Below, piece after piece: positions 1-10,100 of a stretch of DNA of 64,000 nucleotides. Source of the DNA: Nitrospirota bacterium (GTDB taxonomy: Bacteria > Nitrospirota > Nitrospiria > Nitrospirales > Nitrospiraceae). Made by a program: the position numbers and the translations under genes. The stretch is taken from assembly GCA_963703955.1 (NCBI GenBank), contig CAVPGK010000013.1, positions 104,295-168,294 of the forward strand, in the 5' to 3' direction. The notes beneath the pieces were generated by a model, which made no database searches, had not been told where the DNA came from, and saw only the letters and a list, made by a program, of their open reading frames with translations. Position 1 is the first letter of the stretch. Each line of letters starts with the position of its first letter.

Positions 1-288
1 CAATCGCGCGTCTGCGGGAGGCTCCTTGGCTTTGAACAGCAAAAGAAGGCGGTTCGGCTCTACGGGCCCACCCGCAAACAGCCGGTAGCTGGTGCCCTTG
101 AGCACGGTGACCTCCGGCAACGCCTCCGACAGGAGGACGTTGGTAGAGTGATTCAGAATAAGCCCGAGTGTTCCCTCAGGTCCGTGCTCCACAACGAGCA
201 CGACGGCTTGGCGGAAGTTCGGATCATCCAGCGTGGGGCTGGCCACCAAGAGGACGCCTTTCCCGACCGACGACGGCTCGAATTCCAT
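1..288 (-). CDS. YqgE/AlgH family protein (UPF0301); 3' end lies beyond the left edge
   Basis: Own minus-strand translation from ATG at 288: MEFEPSSVGKGVLLVASPTLDDPNFRQAVVLVVEHGPEGTLGLILNHSTNVLLSEALPEV... The LDDPNF..AVVLV.EH...G..GLILN stretch is the AlgH/YqgE signature. It is not in the ORF track because no stop falls inside the window. Confidence 0.7.
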   Translation of the reverse strand, partial: MEFEPSSVGKGVLLVASPTLDDPNFRQAVVLVVEHGPEGTLGLILNHSTNVLLSEALPEVTVLKGTSYRLFAGGPVEPNRLLLLFKAKEPPADARL

Positions 289-453
289 CCCCGCCAGAGC
301 CGGTAGGGCATGCAGGATGGTCAAGAGCGCCCCGAGCAGGAAGCTCGCGATGGCCCTCCGTGCACCAGCGGGACTCGGCGCGCTCGAGTACTCAAGACGG
401 AGGCAGCATGGGGAAAGCGTATGAGGGACATTCTACATTTCATCCGGAACGGT

Positions 454-1686
454 TCAGTCCGCGTGAAGTATGTTCTTTGCCACATAAGCGGCAATCAGGC
501 GATGCGTGAAGGCGTTCGGATGGCTGTCGTGCTGATGGAGCTCATACTTCGCATTGGGAGAGCTACCCTCATAATCCGGAATAATGTCCGAGACCAGATG
601 AACACGCACGTGCTGGTTCCGGAAGCCTTCCAGTACGTGGGAAAGAAATTGGAGATAGTCATGGTCATGCTTGCGGAACATATTGTCCCAGAGAATGACA
701 TGGAACTCGCTCCCTGGATACATCCGTGCTGCAGTGTCCTTGGCTTGGGACACGACGCCGAGAAACAGTTCGACGTCCTCGCTGGACAGGCTTCGCAATG
801 GACTCACCAGTTTGTTGTAGATGGATGATTTTCTCAAGATCTTGGACAGGGTATGACCGACTGGCCCGAGCGAGCGCCAGAACTGTTCGATCTGCGAATA
901 GCGGGTCTCATCCGCTACGGTGTCAAAGTTACCCTCGGCGATCACGCCCCCACTGTCCGTTCGCCGGTATCGCGGTGCGTGTGGGAACCACGTCATGAGC
1001 CCCGCCACTCGCTCGATGTGATAGGGGATTGCCTGGTAGATGAGGTGTTTGGGTGGCACCGTCACGACAGCATGGACCAGCCCTCCCTCCAGCGCCGCCA
1101 ACATCTGCTGAGGACCATAGCCATGGAAGCCGAAATTGTAAATGGCATAGCGCCCATGCGTCAGCAGCCCAGTCATATAGGGCATGGCCTCATTGTCGGC
1201 AACCCCTTCACCGATTGTGTAGGAGCAACCGAAGAATAGGACCGATCCAAGGGCATTTCGGACATCGTATGGAGGAGCTATGCGTAACCCATTCACATCA
1301 AAGGTGTAGGTGGTCTTGTAGATGGGAACCGAGTTAATCCTCTTCACATGGGTCGCCGTATAGTTCTTCCGAGGGATCATCCCCAAGTCGTCGTCGGAGA
1401 TCCAATAGGGATCCTCGCAGCAATACGAGTTGGTCTTTTGCGGCGTGCTGTTCCATACATAGAGTTCACCCAATGCGAGGGCCAACACTGCGGCGCTCAG
1501 GTTTAGCCACACCGCCTTCGATACGGAACCTCTCGCGGTGAACTCAAGATAGAGCAGGGCCAAAAACCAAATCGTGCAGAACCATGCAAAAGGGACGGAT
1601 GGTGCCTTGAGGGAAGCAAAAACGGACAGGATCGCGAGACCAAGAACGGCGAGAGGCCGAAATGATTTGCTGGTGCGCTCAGTCAA
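454..1686 (-). CDS. membrane-anchored SGNH/GDSL-like hydrolase family protein
   Basis: 410-aa ORF with hydrophobic N-terminal helices. FFGCSYTIGEG is block-I-like and C-terminal HQHDSHPN is block-V D-x-x-H-like. The family call rests on motifs only. Confidence 0.55.
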   Translation of the reverse strand: MTERTSKSFRPLAVLGLAILSVFASLKAPSVPFAWFCTIWFLALLYLEFTARGSVSKAVWLNLSAAVLALALGELYVWNSTPQKTNSYCCEDPYWISDDDLGMIPRKNYTATHVKRINSVPIYKTTYTFDVNGLRIAPPYDVRNALGSVLFFGCSYTIGEGVADNEAMPYMTGLLTHGRYAIYNFGFHGYGPQQMLAALEGGLVHAVVTVPPKHLIYQAIPYHIERVAGLMTWFPHAPRYRRTDSGGVIAEGNFDTVADETRYSQIEQFWRSLGPVGHTLSKILRKSSIYNKLVSPLRSLSSEDVELFLGVVSQAKDTAARMYPGSEFHVILWDNMFRKHDHDYLQFLSHVLEGFRNQHVRVHLVSDIIPDYEGSSPNAKYELHQHDSHPNAFTHRLIAAYVAKNILHAD

Positions 1687-1982
1687 GACTGGACTCCAGG
1701 CGGCGCCAACTGAACATGTGCGCCTACCCGCAGGAAGGGAAACGAGTTGAATCCAACTTCTTGCGGCGCGCGCTCGAGAGCAATTGGTTCATGCGAGTGC
1801 CCATCCATCCATACGGCTGCTTCTATGGCACGGCGGCGATCTTGCGCGATCGAGCTGCCAGCGGGTTTCTCCTTTCCCCCGGAAACCACCTCGACGAAAC
1901 GGACTCCGATCAACATTCCCACCTCAGCGAGACCGGCATCGTTTCTGTCATCCACGGATGCTTGCGCCTGCTCACCGAGCAC
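1683..1982 (-). CDS. hypothetical protein, possibly a decayed gene
   Basis: 99-aa ORF whose stop overlaps the next start by 4 nt. Third-position GC is low for this window. The same frame continues upstream through an in-frame TGA (..VDDVDFIIVRAARWA*TTNPS..). No family recognised. Confidence 0.25.
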   Translation of the reverse strand: MLGEQAQASVDDRNDAGLAEVGMLIGVRFVEVVSGGKEKPAGSSIAQDRRRAIEAAVWMDGHSHEPIALERAPQEVGFNSFPFLRVGAHVQLAPPGVQS

Positions 1983-2132
1983 ATCAATTCGGCCGGAGGT
2001 GGATGGATTCGTCGTTCACGCCCATCGGGCCGCCCTGACGATGATGAAGTCAACGTCGTCCACCGCCGGCAACGTTGTGTTCCTTAAAAGGCTCAGCCTC
2101 CGTTCCGTGGCGACGATCAGAAAGGTCGATTC

Positions 2133-2606
2133 TCAACTCTTCTTCAGGGCGTCAGGAAAACGATCCGATACGAGATTTAGGGTGATGTTGTGCTCAAGGA
2201 GCGCCTTTAATCCGGAGAGCACCAGCGTGAATCCTTCCGTTGAATCGATCGCTTGTTTTACGATCTCATCCCCCTCTCCGCTAAAGCCTGTGTTTGTAAC
2301 ACTGACGAACGTCGTATTGTCTGCTCGAGGAGTGAAGATCCACTCCACCGTTGTGGGCGCATCATCATTCGACCATTCAATGAGTATTCGCTTTTTCTCT
2401 TCGATCGCCTTCACGCGAACTTGCACAGAAACATCGTACATTTCCCAATCCCAGCGTATTTGTTTACCCGTTTCTAACCGTCCGCTGCTTTTGGTGAACC
2501 AAAACCTGGAAGTGACGGCGGGATCCACAAAAGCCTCAAACACTTCGCCGGGAGGCCGGCGAATGAGCATTTCTGCCTTTGCGATGGGTGCATGTTGAAG
2601 CTTCAT
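2133..2606 (-). CDS. SRPBCC (AHSA1/START-like) family protein
   Basis: 157 aa. AKAEMLIRRPPGEVFEAFVDPAVTSRFWF and overall size and composition are typical of Aha1-like SRPBCC proteins. Confidence 0.85.
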   Translation of the reverse strand: MKLQHAPIAKAEMLIRRPPGEVFEAFVDPAVTSRFWFTKSSGRLETGKQIRWDWEMYDVSVQVRVKAIEEKKRILIEWSNDDAPTTVEWIFTPRADNTTFVSVTNTGFSGEGDEIVKQAIDSTEGFTLVLSGLKALLEHNITLNLVSDRFPDALKKS

Positions 2607-2674
2607 ACTATCTCCACTGAATAGCGTGGTCCATCGTCTGGATGCCTTCTTTCATGAAGGCGGTCTTTACCCTA

Positions 2675-3274
2675 TCACTCCTTTCGCTTGTAGGTAATCT
2701 CCATCATCTTCATGTTTTTGCTGTGCTTGCCGGTGCCGTACAGCTCAAAAACCTGAGTGTTCGCATCCACAACCTTCCAGACCGCGTGGTGCTCCATGCG
2801 GCCTTCAATCGGATCTTGGTGGCCGCCTTTCAGCTTGACGGTTTTTCCGTCAGGGCTGCCGGTTCCTTCCATGACGAAGATACCAGTCCCCATGGAATCC
2901 ATCCAGGTCGAGACATACTTCTTCGTGTGGTTGTCGTAGCCGGTCACGCCGATGCCGGTGAATGGCTGTCCCATCATCTCGCCCGTACACTCCTGTTGGA
3001 GAAAGCGCCCGTCGAGCAGCACCTTTTCTTCGCAGGCGCCGGTCGATTCCATCGGAGGCTTATTGGGCTCCATCCAAGACTTGGTCTTGGTTGTCCAACT
3101 GCCTGCCAGACTTGCCAGCTGCTTGTGCGGCTCGCCGGGCGTCGCCAGGTTCTTATACACCTCCATCATCGCCTGCGGGTCCATCTGTTTTGCTTGTTTC
3201 TTTTCTTTGGCCATCACCAGCGATGCAGACATGACAAGACACAGACTCGTGAATGTAATGAGTGTGAGACGCAT
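2675..3274 (-). CDS. DUF1579 domain-containing secreted protein
   Basis: ORF track gives 2675..3373. I start it at the internal ATG at 3274, which is preceded by AAGGAGG and followed by a signal peptide (MRLTLITFTSLCLVMSASLVMA). The mature part (GSWTTKTKSWMEP..LDGRFL..) looks like DUF1579. Confidence 0.85.
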   Translation of the reverse strand: MRLTLITFTSLCLVMSASLVMAKEKKQAKQMDPQAMMEVYKNLATPGEPHKQLASLAGSWTTKTKSWMEPNKPPMESTGACEEKVLLDGRFLQQECTGEMMGQPFTGIGVTGYDNHTKKYVSTWMDSMGTGIFVMEGTGSPDGKTVKLKGGHQDPIEGRMEHHAVWKVVDANTQVFELYGTGKHSKNMKMMEITYKRKE

Positions 3275-3345
3275 GGTTGCCTCCTTCAGGTTGAATGGTT
3301 TCGGACAGGTCTGCTTCATTACATAAGACAGGAACAAAGGCGAAT

Positions 3346-3795
3346 TCAACCGCACTTCTGCTGCTTCATCCATACCTCGGCACGCTTCTTAATCTCCTCG
3401 GGCGTCACATCTTCGATGTGCGTGTGAATCCACCACTGGTTACCGGCAAAATCTTTCACGCCGGCGCTGCGGTCGCCATAGAACTGATCGCTCGGTTCTC
3501 TGACGGATGCGGCTCCGGCCCGCAGCGCCCGCTTATACCAGGCATCCGCGTCCTCTACGTAGAGTGCCACTGTGATCTGGATCGGCTTCCATTGATCGGT
3601 GGCTTCGCCCACCATCACCATCGAATCACCGATTTTCACCTCGGCGTGCATGACGCTGCCGTCCGGACCCGCCAGACGATAGGTCTCCTTCGCATCGAAC
3701 GCCTGTTGCAGAAACTCGATCAGTTTCGCCGCCCCGTGAACGGTGAGGACCGGTGTCACGGTATGATAGCCATCAGGAATGGGTTTCACGGGCAT
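3346..3795 (-). CDS. VOC family (glyoxalase/bleomycin-resistance, PhnB-like) protein
   Basis: ORF track gives 3346..4014. I start it at ATG 3795, which has GAGGAGG upstream. Motifs: MPVKPIPDGYHTVTPVLTV..GDSMVMV..DQFYGDRSAGVKDFAGNQWWI. Confidence 0.85.
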   Translation of the reverse strand: MPVKPIPDGYHTVTPVLTVHGAAKLIEFLQQAFDAKETYRLAGPDGSVMHAEVKIGDSMVMVGEATDQWKPIQITVALYVEDADAWYKRALRAGAASVREPSDQFYGDRSAGVKDFAGNQWWIHTHIEDVTPEEIKKRAEVWMKQQKCG

Positions 3796-3868
3796 GGGTG
3801 TGTCCTCCTCTGGGAGTTGTGTGGTTCTCTCTCTGTCTTCCGGCACGCTGATTTCAAGGCCCCTTTCA

Positions 3869-4219
3869 TTAGCTAAGTCGCACCGAGCCCTCCCGATCGT
3901 TCCATGCGGCGATTTCGGCCTGCGTCCGTTTCCTAGCGTGTTGTTGGATCCATCCCGCGACTTGATCGTCTGTCGCACCAGTGGCGACGAAGGCCCGGAA
4001 TGCGTTGTAGTCAAGCTCGGCGAATTTTAACCACCGCTGGTCGAGCGGGCAGTTGGAAAAATATTCGCCCTGCCAGTCGACAAGTGCCGCGCGGCACTTA
4101 TCCAGTGCGCGCGCAGCCAACGCATAACCACCGAGCTTTTCACGCGGGCTGCGCGGGGATGCCTTGTCCTCCCGTAGATCCCGGGCCAGCAGTTTGACCT
4201 TCTCGATGTTCTCTTTCAT
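3869..4219 (-). CDS. DUF5069 domain-containing protein
   Basis: 116 aa. The SPREKLGGYALAARALDKCRA core matches DUF5069 proteins. Confidence 0.8.
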   Translation of the reverse strand: MKENIEKVKLLARDLREDKASPRSPREKLGGYALAARALDKCRAALVDWQGEYFSNCPLDQRWLKFAELDYNAFRAFVATGATDDQVAGWIQQHARKRTQAEIAAWNDREGSVRLS

Positions 4220-4275
4220 GGATTGCTCCTACCAGCCCTCCCGCCCCGCCCCAGCGACGTGCACGTGCCGTCGAG

Positions 4276-4734
4276 TCAGCGAGAATGATAAACGTGATGT
4301 AATGCGTCACCAACAGGGCAGGTACCCAGAATGCAGGGATCCAGTGTCGCCGGCCCCATGAACGCTGATGCTCCGTAGACCGTGGCCAGTGTGACCGCTG
4401 CAATGAGATCCAGCGTTCCTTCAACATTAAATACCCATACGAGAATCCTAGCCCGGTTCATGCCTCTCGCCACAGCCAGAAGTGCAATGAGAGCGAGCGC
4501 TGCGGCGAGCAGATCTCCGAGTGCGGCGGGAAAGGCAAATTGCGAAGGGATGCCGGCATACGTGGCGCCGGGCGCCAGAAACATGAGCCCGAGGTGTCGG
4601 AACGAATGCAGCAGAAGAATCGGCAGCAGCACGGTTTGAGGTCTCAGCTCTGAGAGTTTGGGCAGAACGTAGATCCTAGCGGCTACCCAAAACACAAGAG
4701 TGCTGCATAAGAGATTGATCGTGAGAATATTCAT
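4276..4734 (-). CDS. small integral membrane protein, C-terminus probably frameshifted
   Basis: 152 aa with four hydrophobic helices. A fifth, very membrane-like segment (HWIPAFWVPALLVTHYITFIIL) is encoded in the +1 frame (ORF 4140..4427) from about 4340 onward. Confidence 0.6.
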   Translation of the reverse strand: MNILTINLLCSTLVFWVAARIYVLPKLSELRPQTVLLPILLLHSFRHLGLMFLAPGATYAGIPSQFAFPAALGDLLAAALALIALLAVARGMNRARILVWVFNVEGTLDLIAAVTLATVYGASAFMGPATLDPCILGTCPVGDALHHVYHSR

Positions 4735-4761
4735 CTAGCCGAGCCCGGGTACCCCGCACGT

Positions 4762-5122
4762 TCAGGCTTCGACGAGGACCTTGAATCCGCCGTAGACCAT
4801 GCGCTTGACGTCGAAGGGCATGTCCTTCGGTCCACCCATGCTTGCGATGCGCGGGTCCTTCATCACCTTCGCGTTGACGCGATCGCGATGCGCCCGCGAC
4901 TTGAACACGATGTAGGAGAACACCACCGTCTCGCCGGGCTTCAACTTCATCATTCGCGGGAACGGCACCCCACCTTCGCCTTGAGGTCGTCGCCGACGCA
5001 TTCCTTGTAGTCGAGCGCGCCGTGCTTCGCGCCACACTTTGCTCTCCCTTCTGCGCCATGCGGAGATAGGCCTTCAGGTTCTTCTTGGGTACGGGCAGGA
5101 CATATCCATCGACGTATCGCAT
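4762..5122 (-). pseudogene. DUF1428 (YbaA-like) gene disrupted by two single-base frameshifts
   Basis: The N-terminus MRYVDGYVLPVPKKNLKAYLRMAQKG is in the frame of ORF 4676..5122. The middle (HGALDYKECVGDDLKAKVG) is in a third frame. The C-terminus VPFPRMMKLKPGETVVFSYIVFKSRAHRDRVNAKVMKDPR..MPFDVKRMVYGGFKVLVEA is in ORF 4762..5037. Confidence 0.75.
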
Positions 5123-5137
5123 GTGAACTCTCCTTTC

Positions 5138-5665
5138 TTACGTTTCAGTTATCGCTTTCAAGTTGGCGAGGCCTGTCTCGAAGTCTTTGCCGATCATTTT
5201 GTCGCAATCCATGAAGAGGCTCATCAACTTCCCTATGTAGGGTTGAGGTCCGTGCATAGCCCATGTGACCTGGGTCGAGTCGCCTTTGGCGTCCAACTTG
5301 TATTCGACGATGTTGTGGGCATCGAATGGTTCGATCATATCCAGCGCGATCGTGATCTTGGAAGGAGGAGCGGTGTCCGTAATCGTCAAGCGTCCCTTGC
5401 CTACTTCCTTGTTGCCATCGAATTGATAGACGGCACCCTTGCCGTTTGGTGCACCGCTGATAGCTCTCTTCATCGCGGGGTCTTTCTTCTCATAGGGCGA
5501 CCAGGACTCCGACTGATGGAAATCGCTCAGGATCGCAAAGATCTTCTCCGGCGGTGCTTTGATGCTGGCCGAGCGCTGGACACGGAAGGTGTCAGGCTTG
5601 GTGGCGGCGTATGCGAGCAGCGCGGCGACCAGACCGAGGGTAATGAGAGCGAGTGTCTTGACCAT
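5138..5665 (-). CDS. SRPBCC family (polyketide cyclase/dehydrase-like) protein with signal/anchor
   Basis: 175 aa with an N-terminal hydrophobic segment, then a START-like composition (FRVQRSASIKAPPEKIFAILSDF..). Confidence 0.85.
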   Translation of the reverse strand: MVKTLALITLGLVAALLAYAATKPDTFRVQRSASIKAPPEKIFAILSDFHQSESWSPYEKKDPAMKRAISGAPNGKGAVYQFDGNKEVGKGRLTITDTAPPSKITIALDMIEPFDAHNIVEYKLDAKGDSTQVTWAMHGPQPYIGKLMSLFMDCDKMIGKDFETGLANLKAITET

Positions 5666-5722
5666 GGGTTCCTCCGTTACGATGTAAGATTATGGGATAG
5701 CAGTGACCCGGGCGCAGCACGC

Positions 5723-6139
5723 CTAGTTCGGCTTCTTGACCCCCATGTCGCGGAAGCGTTCGATCTCTTTACTTGGACCGAAGTCCTCCAGTTCGAACAA
5801 CTGACGCACTTCGATCTCGGCTTCCTTGCCGTCGACCGCGGGGTTGGGAAAGCGCTTCGTCCACTCAATCGCCTCTTGCCTCGACTTCACCTGGATGAGG
5901 GTATAGCCCGCGATGAGCTCTTTCGTCTCGGCGAACGGCCCATCGATCATGGCGTGTTTCTTTCCGGAGTACTTGATGCGCCAGCCCTTCGAGGTTGCTT
6001 GAAGCCCGGAGGCATCGACCAGCACACCGGCCTTCTGCAACTGCTCATGGTACGTTGCCATATCCGCAATGAGTTGTTCGCTCGGCATCACGCCGGCTTC
6101 CGAATCCTTGGTGGCTTTGACAATAATCATGAATCGCAT
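5723..6139 (-). CDS. YciI family protein
   Basis: 138 aa. MRFMIIVKATKDSEAGVMPSEQLIADMATYHEQLQKAGVLV..IDGPFAETKELIAGY is the YciI/DGPF pattern. Confidence 0.85.
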   Translation of the reverse strand: MRFMIIVKATKDSEAGVMPSEQLIADMATYHEQLQKAGVLVDASGLQATSKGWRIKYSGKKHAMIDGPFAETKELIAGYTLIQVKSRQEAIEWTKRFPNPAVDGKEAEIEVRQLFELEDFGPSKEIERFRDMGVKKPN

Positions 6140-6344
6140 GACGCTCTCTCCATTGGTTTCGGCTTCAGAGCCGGGCTTCCGGCCCGACTGGCTGCCCCGG
6201 GTTCTACTACTTGTCGAACGAGGGTCCCGAAATCGACAGGGGTTATGAACCGGGACAGACTATTTTTCCTATCCCTTACCGCTTATCTGGAGCGTCGTTC
6301 TTACATCGTGAGAAGGTTGCCTGTCCTATTTCTCTTTCCAACCA

Positions 6345-6710
6345 CTAGACACGCGTCATCAGCTCGAGAAGGTGTCCGTTGGGATCGCGGAAGTAGACGC
6401 CCCTGCCGCCGTTCCAATCATTGAGCTTTCGGTTCTCCACATTCCAAGGCTCGCTACCATACGTGAGTCCCGCCTCTTGTATGCGTTTGAAAATCGCGTC
6501 GAATTCCGGGTCACTCACATGGAAGGCGTAGTGATGGATATCGAAACTGTCGGCATTGTCGAAATCAAGGGTCAGGGTCTCGTTGACGCGCACCGGAGCA
6601 AAGTGTCCACCAGGCCCCTCGTATGTCAATCCAAAGATGTCCGCGAAAAACCGAGCCGAGGTTTCCTTGTCATGCGCCGGCACGATGGTATGATTCAGAA
6701 CGATAGCCAC
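6345..6710 (-). CDS. VOC family protein (glyoxalase-like)
   Basis: 121 aa. LNHTIVPAHDKETSARFFADIFGL..HHYAFHV..GVYFRDPNGHLLEL is typical of the VOC fold. Confidence 0.85.
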   Translation of the reverse strand: MAIVLNHTIVPAHDKETSARFFADIFGLTYEGPGGHFAPVRVNETLTLDFDNADSFDIHHYAFHVSDPEFDAIFKRIQEAGLTYGSEPWNVENRKLNDWNGGRGVYFRDPNGHLLELMTRV

Positions 6711-6783
6711 TCAGCCTCCTTGTCGGATCCTTCCGCACTGTCTTCCGTTCGGTTCCTCTCTCACAGAGGAGGGGAAGCCGCCT

Positions 6784-7182
6784 TCATTTGGTAGAGGGTC
6801 TGGATGGCGCCGCTGAGATCGCATCGACCCTATCGGGGTAGAAAGCCAGGTGATCTTTGATGGCGATCACCTCGTCGTAAGGCTTTTCATAGCTCCAGAC
6901 CGCGTTCTCTGCCGTGCGCCCGCTCGACAACGTGAAGTACGACGCATCCCCTTTGAAAGGACAGTATGTGTGGTGTTCGGTACGGATGAGGCGATCCATT
7001 CTGACGTCTCGGCGTGGCAGGTAATAGACCGGCGGGTAGTCGGCTTCGCGAAGGCGGATGGCATCGGTGGTGTCGGCGATGACATCCCCGTTGAACGTCA
7101 CCTTGACGCGCTCGTTCGCCCGCTCGACCTCGACGCGATGCTCGGGATGTCTCTTGTATCCCGGTCCGCTGTTTGACATCAC
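6784..7182 (-). CDS. DUF427 domain-containing protein
   Basis: 132 aa. VKVTFNGDVIADTTDAIRLREADYPPVYYLPRRDV..TYCPFKGDASYF..AVWSYEKPY matches DUF427. Confidence 0.85.
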   Translation of the reverse strand: MMSNSGPGYKRHPEHRVEVERANERVKVTFNGDVIADTTDAIRLREADYPPVYYLPRRDVRMDRLIRTEHHTYCPFKGDASYFTLSSGRTAENAVWSYEKPYDEVIAIKDHLAFYPDRVDAISAAPSRPSTK

Positions 7183-7189
7183 TCACCTC

Positions 7190-10100
7190 TTACGAGGCTT
7201 CGATCGGAGCGCCATGTGGCCTTCCGGCCGGTCGAGCGATCAGCAGCCTCTCTTGTTCGATCTCCTCATGCGCCGGGCTTGGCTGGCGCTGGGCCGCGAT
7301 GAGCGAGTAGAACACCGGCACGATGAACAGGGTGAACAGAGTCCCGATGGTCATGCCGGTGACCAGCACGGTCCCGATACTATTGCGGGCCGCGGCTCCT
7401 GGACCGGACACCAGCACCAGTGGGAGGTGCCCAAAGACAGTCGCCGCCGAGGTCATCAGCACCGGTCGCAGCCGCGTGAGCGACGCCTCGCGCAGCGCGG
7501 CCGCCTTCGAGAGACCGCGGGCCTGCAGCGTGTTCGCGAACTCTACGATCAGAATACCGTTCTTCGCGATCAATCCCACCAATGTGATCAGCCCGACCTG
7601 GGAGTAGATGTTGATCGTAGTGAGATCCAGGAAGCTGAACACCAGCGCGCCGGAGATCGCAAGCGGAACCGAGCCCAGCAGGACAATCAGCGGGTCGCGA
7701 AAGCTCTGGAACTGCGCCGCAAGAACCAAATAGATGAGCACGAGTGCGAACCCGAGCGTGACGGTCAGCGCCGATCCCTCGTGCCGGATCTGCCGCGACT
7801 CCCCTCCGTAGTCGAGGATGACGCGCGGGCCGCCCGCCGTGGCCGCGGCGGCCTCGAGCACGCGCAAGCCCTCCTCCTTTGTGACGCCGGGCTTGACCCC
7901 GCCGAAGACCCGCGCCGAGTTGCGCTGCTGGAAGCGGTTCAAGGTGCGGGGCGCGGTGCTCGACTCGATGTGCGTGAACGTCGACACCGGCACGAGCTGC
8001 CCACCTGGCGTCTTGATCTTGAGGTCGAGCAGGGGGTCGATGGTGGCGCGGTCCTTGTCGCCGATCTGTGGGATGACCTTGTAGCTGCGGTCGAAGAAGT
8101 TGAAACGATTCACGTACGCGCCGCCGAGCAGCGTCCCGAGCTCTCGGCCGACGCCGGCCAAGTCAAGGCCGAGGTCGGCGAGACGCTCGCGGTCGAGCAC
8201 CACGCGCGCTTCGGGCAGGTCGATCTTCAGATCGGTGTCCACATACAAGAACTTGCCGCTTTGCCATCCGGCGCCGAGTACCGCGGCCGTCGTCTCGAGC
8301 ATCTGCCCGACCGGCGCATCGCTCTGCAGCACCAGCTCGACGTCATATTGACCGGCGGTCGGTAGTGGCGGGTCGAGACGGGGGAAGATGCGCAGGCCGG
8401 GCACCTGCGACACCGCGCCGAACACCTCACCGTAAATCTCCTCAGTGGAGCGAGTGCGCTCGCGCCAGTCCTTCGCGACCATGCCGCCGAAGCCGCCCCA
8501 CGCCGTGGTCAGCGACCACATGAACCTGGCCTCGGGGAATGACCTGATCGCGCCGACGACCTTCAGCGAGTCCCGGTTGGTTGCCGCTAATGTAGAGTCC
8601 GGCGATGCCTCGAGGAAGAGACTGATGTGGCTCTGATCCTCCACAGGCGCCAGCTCCTGCCGCGAGAACATGTACAGCGGCCACGCCGCGACCATGATGA
8701 GCAGCGAAGCCGTCACGATCGCCCAGCGCATCTCCAGCGCACGGTCGAGCAGCCTGGCGTACGCGCGGCGCACGAGCTCGAAAGCGCGGTTGACCAGCGA
8801 GGTCAGCCTGCCTTCCTTACCCTGCGGGTGCACGAAGCGCGAACTCATGACCGGCGAGAGCGTCACCGCGACGATACCCGACAGGACGACCGCGGCGGCG
8901 AGCGTGATCGCGAACTCCAGGAACAGCGAACCGGTTAGACCCCCCTGGAAACCGATCGGCGCGTAAACCGTGGCCAGCGTGATCGTCATGGCGATGATCG
9001 GACCGATCAACTCGCGCGCTCCGGTCAGCGCCGCCTCGATCCGTGACTTGCCCAAGCGCACGTGCCGCTCGACGTTCTCAACGACGACGATCGCGTCGTC
9101 GACGACCAAGCCCACCGACAGCACGATCGCGAGGATCGTTAATAGATTGAGGCTGAAGCCGAACGCGAACATGAAGATCGCCGCCCCGATCAGCGACACC
9201 GGCATGGCGACGAGCGGCACCAGCGCGGTGCGCATCGAGCCCATGAACAGGAAGACTACGATCGCGACGATCAAGATCGTCTCGGCGAGCGTCTTGGTGA
9301 TTTCCTTCAGCGCGTTCTCCATGAACATCGTCCCGTCCCAGACGAGCCGCATGTCGATGTCTTTCGGCAACGTCGGCCGGATGCGCTCCATCTCGCTGCG
9401 CAGCCGGTGCGCGACCTCGATCTCGTTCGAGCCGACAAGCGGCCACACTCCAAGGTACACACCCTCCAGGTCGTTGTACTTCGCGACCATGTCGGCTTCC
9501 TCCGCGCCAAGCTCGACCCGCGCCACATCGCTTAGACGCACGATGGCGCCTCCGCGATCGGCGACGATCAGCTTCTCGAACTCGTCGGCCGAGCGCAGGT
9601 CGGTGTTCGCAAGCAGGTTGACCTGCACGAGGTTGCCTTTCGTCCGGCCGACGGCGGCCAAGTAGTTGTTGCGCCGCAGAGCCGCCTGCACGTCGCCGGG
9701 CGAGAGGTTGTACACGGCGAGGCGATCCGGGTCGATCCAGACGCGCATGGCGATCTGGCGACCGCCCTCGATAGTCACGCGTTGGACGCCGGACAGCGTC
9801 GACAGTTGCGGCTGCAGCGTGCGCAGCAGCCAATCGGTAATGGCCGGCACGCTCCGCTCTGTGGACGTGAAGCTGAGGTAGAACGAGGCGTACGGCCGAT
9901 CGGCGCGTTGCACCTCGATCGCGGGCGGCTCGGCTTCCGCCGGCAGCTCCGACCGCACCTGTTGTAGGCGCGCCGTGACCTCGGCGAGCGCCGCCGTGCT
10001 GCTGTGGTTCAACTTCAGGTGCACTGTCACGGTGCTGACGCCGGCGCGGCTGGTCGACTCGACGTAGTCGACGCCGCCGATTGCCGACACGACGCGTTCG

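Noticed and set aside
1747-2598. 283-aa plus-strand ORF.
   Set aside because: It is Ser/Thr/Ala/Arg-rich and antisense to the SRPBCC gene 2133..2606. Its composition is not protein-like.
5039-6424. 461-aa plus-strand ORF spanning three minus-strand genes.
   Set aside because: It is antisense to well-supported SRPBCC, YciI and VOC genes. It has no family resemblance and no RBS.
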